A stretch of DNA of 15,559 bases from Hormoscilla sp. (GTDB taxonomy: Bacteria; Cyanobacteriota; Cyanobacteriia; Cyanobacteriales; Desertifilaceae). This document shows positions 10,115 to 15,559 of this stretch, in pieces. Below the pieces are notes generated by a model. It saw only the letters and a program-made list of their open reading frames with translations. It made no database searches and was not told where the DNA came from. Position 1 is the first letter of the stretch; every line of letters begins with the position of its first letter. The DNA lies in NCBI GenBank assembly GCA_051439505.1, contig JBFRWI010000020.1, forward strand, positions 1-15,559, read 5' to 3'. The position numbers were made by a program, and so were the translations under genes.

Positions 10115-10177
10115 TGTTAGCCCGCCGGGGGTTCAAACCCCCGGCTAATAGCTGAAGTCGGTTAAAACCGACTAACA
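10115..10177. repeat. Double-hairpin REP/MITE-like element just upstream of the kinase start
   Basis: Hairpins GCCGGGGGTTCAAACCCCCGGC (10124-10145) and AGTCGGTTAAAACCGACT (10156-10173) are bracketed by inverted TGTTAG / CTAACA. Confidence 0.65.
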
Positions 10178-10436
10178 AATAATGTCATGGTATTAGACGT
10201 ATTAGACTCTAGCATAGCCCGGGACTAATCGGATGGCAAGCCGGAATTATTAAGAAATTCTTTAATTCCGTCTCATGCACCGGCGATTTTTTTCTCTTCG
10301 CTTTTGGCCCGCTAATAGCATTATACCATAATCATCCCAGAATGCTTGAGATAATTTTACATTTTTTGACAAGATGGGACGATCGGGCGATCGCCTGTTA
10401 CCGGTGTCAGAGAACATGGGGCGATCGCATGTGCCC

Positions 10437-10498
10437 GGGGCACGGCGATAATAACATTTTTCCATATCCCGAAACATTGACCGATGCCGTGCCCCTAC
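10437..10498 (-). repeat. GTAG-type REP-like palindromic element, copy 1
   Basis: GGGGCACGGC ... GCCGTGCCCC form inverted arms, followed by TAC, so the minus strand begins GTAGGGGCACGGC. Confidence 0.7.
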
Positions 10499-10559
10499 AT
10501 TTTATCAGATGGGCGATCGCCCAAGGCATTCCCATTCCGAGAACAGGCGATCGAGCGGG

Positions 10560-10626
10560 GTAGGGGCACAGCGCAGCGTATCCATAACATAACAATTAAG
10601 ACCGAAATCTATCTATCGCCGTGCCC
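10560..10626 (+). repeat. GTAG-type REP-like palindromic element, copy 2 (inverted relative to copy 1, different interior)
   Basis: The sequence is GTAGGGGCACAGCG ... TATCGCCGTGCCC. Its reverse complement starts GGGCACGGCGATA and ends GTGCCCCTAC, like copy 1. Confidence 0.7.
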
Positions 10627-10732
10627 TGGCCATTGGGTGGCATTCCCATTCCGAGGGCGATCGCCTGTTACCGGGGCCCGAGGACATGAGGCGATCGCCT
10701 GTTACCGGTGTCCGAGAACATGGGGCGATCGA

Positions 10733-10891
10733 GCGGCGATAGCGGGTCAGTTCGGCGGGAGTAGGATAGTCTTGCTTGAGAACCTTCAGGATAACTGCTT
10801 GGTTATCCACCTCTCGGATAGCTCGATAGACGAGGGAATTGGCACTTTCGTAGATTTGGGCTCCAATCTGGTAGCCAGTCAGAGCGATCAT
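10733..10891 (-). pseudogene. 5' remnant (~52 codons) of a cyanobacterial multidomain Ser/Thr kinase-AAA ATPase-sensor (HstK-like) gene
   Basis: MIALTGYQIGAQIYESANSLVYRAIREVDNQAVILKVLKQDYPTPAELTRYR matches the characteristic N-terminus of this family, which normally continues as ..QEYEI... An AAGGAG RBS lies upstream. Homology stops where the HIP1 repeat cluster begins, and the frame then reads repeat sequence to a stop at 10613. Confidence 0.8.
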
Positions 10892-11248
10892 ACTTGTATT
10901 CTCCTTATATATTGGGCACAGATCGACCTACAGTAGGCACCCGACTATCTGGCCCCACCCGATCGCATCAGGGCGATTCCGGCTGGGACTGGTATAGTTT
11001 ATTGTAGTTCCGATCTACTATAATATAGCAATTATCTTTGATTTGTGAACTAGATCACTTACTGTAAATCCGTAAATACTACGAAACTACGAACCGGAAG
11101 GACTAAAGTCCGCCACGATCGAACCGGGCCGTCATTGTGGCCTATTGGTGGGATTAATTCCCAGTGCGATCGCTTACCCGTATTTTCTAGAATAGGTTTT
11201 ACTTGAAAAGTCTGTACAATGAGTAATATGATGTGGTAGGATTAAACT

Positions 11249-11860
11249 ATGACTAGACCCCCAATTCTGAATCCTTCAGAAACCTACACTTTTAGCAGAT
11301 ACGCCGAACTCACCTTTGACCCAGAGGATATTCTAGCGGAGTTAGGTTTTAGTTTAGAAAAGGCAGATCTACAGCTTCCCCAATTTGCCGGACATTTGGA
11401 CTGCACCGATCTGAAAAAGAGATTAGAGCAAGATCTCCTCTACGTCGATCTTACCAGTGAAACCGCACGTAGAGAAGTTTTGATTGCACCAACGCTGTTA
11501 GAAATTTGTCGTTTATCTCAGGCAAAATTGAAGATCCATTATCCCGTCCTAGTGAATAACTTTTTGAAAGGAATTCTCGACTACTGCGTTATCTCACCAA
11601 ATAACTTGCTAGTCGTAGAAGCAAAAAATGCCGATTTGTCAAGAGGATTTACACAGCTGGCAGTGGAGTTAATTGCTCTGGATCGGTGGACAACTTTGGA
11701 TGTTCCCATACTTTATGGCTCCGTGACCACTGGAGATATATGGAAGTTCGGTCTCTTGCAGCGCGATCGCAAATCTGTGGTTCAGGATATTAAACTCTAC
11801 AGATCCCCAGCAGATTTGGATAATTTGTTAGACATTCTTATGGGAGTTATTCAATCTTAA
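11249..11860 (+). CDS. Conserved cyanobacterial protein with a predicted PD-(D/E)xK restriction-endonuclease-like fold (HsdR N-terminal-like)
   Basis: This 203-aa ORF has SETARRE..IAP, GILDY, VVEAK, GFTQL..ELIA and YGSVTTGDIWKFG, a D...ExK...Q pattern typical of this family. An AGGA lies just upstream of the ATG. Confidence 0.8.
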   Translation: MTRPPILNPSETYTFSRYAELTFDPEDILAELGFSLEKADLQLPQFAGHLDCTDLKKRLEQDLLYVDLTSETARREVLIAPTLLEICRLSQAKLKIHYPVLVNNFLKGILDYCVISPNNLLVVEAKNADLSRGFTQLAVELIALDRWTTLDVPILYGSVTTGDIWKFGLLQRDRKSVVQDIKLYRSPADLDNLLDILMGVIQS

Positions 11861-12056
11861 TGCAATTACAACAGCACTACAAAGAACCAATCATATTGTC
11901 TATCAAAATCATCTCTACTGTTCTCATACTTAGCGCGATCGCCTGAGAAGGCATCTTTATGCAACTTTACCCAAATGCCTATTCCCAATTTTATGAATAT
12001 AATTTTGGGGATCGAACGCTTTGCTCCGATCGCGCACTTACTGGAAGGCGCTCTTT

Positions 12057-12094
12057 AACTCCTTCGGTGGAGAACTCCTTCGGTGGAGAACTCC
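12057..12094. repeat. 16-bp tandem repeat with an internal mini-hairpin downstream of the cyclase stop codon
   Basis: AACTCCTTCGGTGGAG occurs twice (12057-12072, 12073-12088), followed by AACTCC. Each unit has CTCC/GGAG arms. Confidence 0.7.
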
Positions 12095-12112
12095 CCGATC
12101 GGGTGCAACGCC

Positions 12113-14974
12113 TCAAGTTTTTTTACCTATTAACCAATAAGTAGTCATTTCTCCTTTACCTTTGACGCTGATCTGGCCCCGTTCCTCAAATAGGTACTTA
12201 TCTAACAATAGCTTGTGGGTCGCTGCTGTTACTTGAATTCGGCCCGGTTCTCCAGATGATTCCATCCGAGAGGCAACGTTAACTGCATCACCCCACAAGT
12301 CATAGATAAACTTCTTGATGCCAATTACTCCTGCTACTACTACCCCACTGTTTATGCCTACACGAATTTGGAACGAGTCACCAACTTCTACTTGGAAATT
12401 GTTCACGGCAGCTTGCATTGCCAGTGCCATGTCCGCGATCGCCTCTGCATGATCTGGCCTCGGTACGGGGAGTCCCGCCGCCACCATGTAGGCATCGCCA
12501 ATGGTTTTAATCTTTTCTAAACCCAGTTGTTCAGCCAGTTCGTCAAAGCAGGAAAATATTTTATTCAGCAAATTTACCAAGGCGATCGGTTCTAGTCGCG
12601 CGGATAGGGGCGTAAAGCCGACAATATCGGCAAACATGATCGTCACCTCCTCAAAATTTTCCGCAATATGTTCTTGGCTTTGCTTGAGTTTGGCCGCGAT
12701 CGGCTCTGGTAAAATATTCAGTAATAATCGCTCGGATTTTTCCTGTTCGAGTCGTAGGGCTTGCTCGGCGGCCTGCCGGGCCCGGGCGATCGCAATTATC
12801 TCCCCAACTAACTCAAGCATTTTAATATCTTCTTCAGTCCAATCCTTAGTTGAATGAGAATCTAGACCGATAAATCCCACCAGTTTATCTAAATGAAGCA
12901 TAGGCACGTGGAGCGTGGCCTGGATACCGTACTCCTCCAGGAATGCTTTTTCAGCATCCGCCTCGATAGGAGGTAAATCAGCAGGAGAGCAAATTTTTAT
13001 GGTTTGGCCCGACTGGCACTGTTGGTGAAACCAAGATAACGCCGATTCGGAAAGGCCCTGTAATTGGTCAATTAAAGGCTCAATTCCCGCTACCCGCCAG
13101 GCGTGAGTGATGCTATATTGGTTTTGGTCATAGCCCATGACATAGCTGCGATCGCACTCTGTAAATTCCCCCATGAGTTGTAGCGCCAAATTGATTGCCG
13201 TATCCAGGTCTCGGTCAATAAAAGCGCGAGAGATTTGACTGAGCAGATTATCTCTCGCTGCTTCCAGTGCCAGGGCCCGTTCTGCTTGCTTGCGACTCGT
13301 GATATCCCGCGCTACCCAAATAACTGAGTTGTCTGAGATCCTCGTTATACTAGCAGCAGACCAAATTTCGCGTCCGGAAACCGCCAAGCAATATTCCACA
13401 TTCAGAGTTCGCTTCCTCTGCAACGCTTGTTGGATGTAGCCCAGAAATAGATCGGCAATTTCCAGTGCAAACACCTCATCCAACTTCTGGCCCAGCCTTT
13501 CTGTATAAGATTCATATAATAGAGATGGATTGATCGAGGCAATTTTCAGGTGGCGTCCTTCAGCATCAAATACAATCACCAATTCCGTCATCACTTCAAA
13601 CAAACCCCGCAACTCTGCCTCGGCGGCAACAAGTTGGGCCGTCCGTTCTTCAACTCGCTCCTCTAATTGCTCTTTGCTCTCTTCTAGGGCCAAAAACGAC
13701 TGACTCAACTGCATGGCCATTTGCTTAAATGCATCGGCCAAAACTCGCAGTTCCCTGATATAGAGGGGGCGATCTTTGTACACCTCTCGGTTTTGCTTGA
13801 TTCCCTCCCTAGCAATGGTGCGACTAGCTTCCCCCAAGCGCAGGATGGGTTTGGCGATCCAGTGAGCGGTCAAAAGTCCCAGTAAGGTGGCGATGCCTAA
13901 AGCCGCCGCGCACAGTCCAATGGTTGTGCGGGTGTTAGCGTTGATTCGTGCCATGAAATCGGCCTCAGGAACCACCACTACGATCGTCCATTCCAGCCCC
14001 CACTGGTCTCGATAAGGCGTTACCTGCACTAGCTGCCGATCGCCCTTGAACTCAAATTCCAGTTGAAGAGTTTCATCTATCTGGGTAAAATCGTCAAATT
14101 CTGCTTGTAGATGTGCTGCTGTCGATTGAATTAAAGCATTATCTACCTCGATCGCTTGCAGTCGCTGCGGTTCTCCGGAGTCCATAATAAAGGGCGGTTG
14201 GGAGGTCGAGGAAGCTACTAACAGTCCATTTGACTCCATGATGAAAGTTTGGCCCCTGCGACCGACTTTCAAACTCGCTAGAAAATGACTAATATCTAAC
14301 AAAGACAAATCTACAGCAAAAACCCCCATCAGCTTTCCTGGGGCTTCGTAGACAGGCTTGACCGCAGGCAGGGCCACATTCGGGTAGGGGGCTGCCCAAA
14401 CATATATCTCTCCCCATGTGGCTTTTTCCGCTTTCAATGCTGCTCTGTACCAGGGCCGATTTCGCAATTCATAGTTCTCTGTCACCGATATCATTTTTGT
14501 GCGATCGCCTTGCTCATCTGTGGCGTAGGTATAAAAAGCGCTCTGGGGAGATTTACCATCCCAATAGCCAACATGAAAATTTCCGTCTGCCGCTCGTTCC
14601 GCACCGCTGGCAAACAGTTTTTTTTCGCTACTGAAATAAATGTAGCTTGCCCAATCAAATAACTGGATCTGCTTGATAAAATGACTTTCTAAACCCCCGA
14701 TATCTTGCAAATTTAATTGGCCTATTTCCAGCTCAGCCGCGTTAATTTTATTAATCAGATGGGGCGTACTTAAGTAGTTGTCGAGTCGATCTTGGATGCG
14801 GTTGACGATCTCCAGGCGCAGCTGGGTGCTGAGGTCTTCAACTGACTGCTGACCGTTTCTAAATGAGAGATATCCCACAAGTCCCACTGCTGTAAATATT
14901 TGCATGACAAACGGCAGGACCATAAGACTTCTCAGAGGTACTTTTCCCGAAATTTTATTAAGCAACTGGTTCAT
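12113..14974 (-). CDS. Membrane-bound class III adenylate cyclase with TM-Cache-TM-HAMP-PAS-GAF-cyclase architecture
   Basis: There are two hydrophobic helices, Cache-type RNRPWY, HAMP (IAKPILRL...ELRVLADAFKQM), PAS (VIVFDAEGRHL...VARDIT) and GAF (TLHVPM...GFIGLD...WTEEDIKML). Cyclase motifs are IMFADIVGFT, KIKTIGDAYM and IYDLWGDAVNVASRMES, where the Lys/Asp pair indicates ATP specificity. The start is placed at the second Met (14974); 15034 is an alternative. Confidence 0.93.
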   Translation of the reverse strand: MNQLLNKISGKVPLRSLMVLPFVMQIFTAVGLVGYLSFRNGQQSVEDLSTQLRLEIVNRIQDRLDNYLSTPHLINKINAAELEIGQLNLQDIGGLESHFIKQIQLFDWASYIYFSSEKKLFASGAERAADGNFHVGYWDGKSPQSAFYTYATDEQGDRTKMISVTENYELRNRPWYRAALKAEKATWGEIYVWAAPYPNVALPAVKPVYEAPGKLMGVFAVDLSLLDISHFLASLKVGRRGQTFIMESNGLLVASSTSQPPFIMDSGEPQRLQAIEVDNALIQSTAAHLQAEFDDFTQIDETLQLEFEFKGDRQLVQVTPYRDQWGLEWTIVVVVPEADFMARINANTRTTIGLCAAALGIATLLGLLTAHWIAKPILRLGEASRTIAREGIKQNREVYKDRPLYIRELRVLADAFKQMAMQLSQSFLALEESKEQLEERVEERTAQLVAAEAELRGLFEVMTELVIVFDAEGRHLKIASINPSLLYESYTERLGQKLDEVFALEIADLFLGYIQQALQRKRTLNVEYCLAVSGREIWSAASITRISDNSVIWVARDITSRKQAERALALEAARDNLLSQISRAFIDRDLDTAINLALQLMGEFTECDRSYVMGYDQNQYSITHAWRVAGIEPLIDQLQGLSESALSWFHQQCQSGQTIKICSPADLPPIEADAEKAFLEEYGIQATLHVPMLHLDKLVGFIGLDSHSTKDWTEEDIKMLELVGEIIAIARARQAAEQALRLEQEKSERLLLNILPEPIAAKLKQSQEHIAENFEEVTIMFADIVGFTPLSARLEPIALVNLLNKIFSCFDELAEQLGLEKIKTIGDAYMVAAGLPVPRPDHAEAIADMALAMQAAVNNFQVEVGDSFQIRVGINSGVVVAGVIGIKKFIYDLWGDAVNVASRMESSGEPGRIQVTAATHKLLLDKYLFEERGQISVKGKGEMTTYWLIGKKT

Positions 14975-15188
14975 GTTTTTAACCTTAATACAGGACCTGC
15001 TAAAATTTTGAATCGTTAATAAGCTGTCGCGCATCTAAACTGCATGTTGGGGCCGACGGTAAAATCGAGGTAACCCACGACAGGAAAACGTTTCAGCCAG
15101 AACGGCAATTTTAGACTATGCAATTTAAATGCATCACAGCTTATAGCATTTTATCTTATTAGTGCGATATCTGGTGAAATAGCCTCTT

Positions 15189-15349
15189 ATATCATGTCCA
15201 GTTAAATGCCCATAATAAAAATTTTATCCCCCGTAGGTTGGCTTGACCCACGTTACCCAACTGCCGTAAGCCATGTTGGGTTTCGCTGGGGCTCAACCCA
15301 ACCTACGAAGAGATCTTTTTTATTACGGTTAATCATCCGGACTTGATAT
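15189..15349. mobile_element. ~161-bp MITE-like element with imperfect terminal inverted repeats and a nested GTAG REP doublet (15232-15307)
   Basis: The left end ATATCATGTCCAGTTAAAT matches the reverse complement of the right end ATATCAAGTCCGGATGATT at 14/19 positions. The interior is CGTAGGTTGGCTTGA...ACCCAAC / GTTGGGT...TCAACCCAACCTACG, with flanking TAATAAAAA / TTTTTATTA arms. Confidence 0.7.
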
Positions 15350-15559
15350 TACATTTATGCTGCAAGCAATCTCCCGTACCTCATCAATCGCATTTTCGAT
15401 CGCATCTATCTGAGAAACGCTATATGTATTCTCATTTTGGCGTTGCACAACGACGGGATGATGAGGTCTGCTAATTGCTTATACGAAGTGCGCGACGCAG
15501 GAGCGCTATTGTCAATGGTTAATTGAGAGCGTCATTTATAGTCATGAATAGATAGCTTT

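Larger units (their letters stand above)
10387..10732 (+). repeat. Cluster of four 34-bp-period HIP1-bounded units
   Basis: GCGATCG(C/A) starts occur at 10387/10421, 10513/10547 and 10657/10691/10725, each pair exactly 34 bp apart. The 26-nt cores are CTGTTACCGGTGTCAGAGAACATGGG, CCAAGGCATTCCCATTCCGAGAACAG, CTGTTACCGGGGCCCGAGGACATGAG and CTGTTACCGGTGTCCGAGAACATGGG. Confidence 0.85.
1838..14508. repeat. Dispersed HIP1 octamers (GCGATCGC), about 18 perfect copies
   Basis: Counted by eye, for example near 1838, 2728, 3349, 5118, 9308, 9643, 10387-10698 (x5), 11166, 11763, 11935, 12435, 12786, 13148 and 14501. Fewer than one copy is expected by chance, and this enrichment is diagnostic of cyanobacteria. 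Confidence 0.85.

Noticed and set aside
10387..10732. Possible CRISPR array
   Set aside because: The constant part is only the 8-bp HIP1, the 'spacers' are similar to each other, spacing between groups is irregular, and no cas gene is present.
10262..10936. Short overlapping ORFs across the repeat cluster (10262, 10342, 10407, 10484)
   Set aside because: They are translations of HIP1/REP repeats (DRP, GDR and AIA peptides) or antisense to the kinase remnant.
11004..11018. Possible NtcA box (GTA...TAC)
   Set aside because: The spacing is 9 nt (GTA-GTTCCGATC-TAC), not the required 8.
11023..11050. TATAGCAATT...GATTTGTGAA, resembling one end of a common cyanobacterial MITE
   Set aside because: No matching inverted partner end was found nearby, and the resemblance is from memory only.
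11959..14634. ORFs 11959..12144, 12501..12857 and 14416..14634 (+)
   Set aside because: They are short, overlap repeats or lie antisense to the cyclase gene, and have no coding support.

Overview
Cyanobacterial DNA: about 18 copies of the HIP1 octamer GCGATCGC, plus typical short mobile repeats, and probably a filamentous species. Most of the window is a tightly coupled three-gene minus-strand operon. Gene 1 is a Ser/Thr kinase fused to an AAA_35-type P-loop domain (10102-8114). Gene 2 is a 2250-aa protein with two different P-loop NTPase modules in tandem (AAA_35 plus a STAND/AAA_16-like domain) followed by a long mosaic TPR array (8117-1365). Gene 3 is a 7-repeat WD40 protein that the supplied ORF track misses (ATG at 1336, AGGAGG RBS, open to the window edge). 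The architecture suggests an NLR-like signalling or immunity complex, but this is inference. Upstream are a cluster of 34-bp HIP1-bounded units interleaved with GTAG-type REP-like elements, a kinase gene remnant truncated at that cluster, a PD-(D/E)xK-fold protein, a membrane Cache-HAMP-PAS-GAF class III adenylate cyclase and a MITE with a nested REP doublet. The WD40 gene has absorbed three different repeat families in frame.
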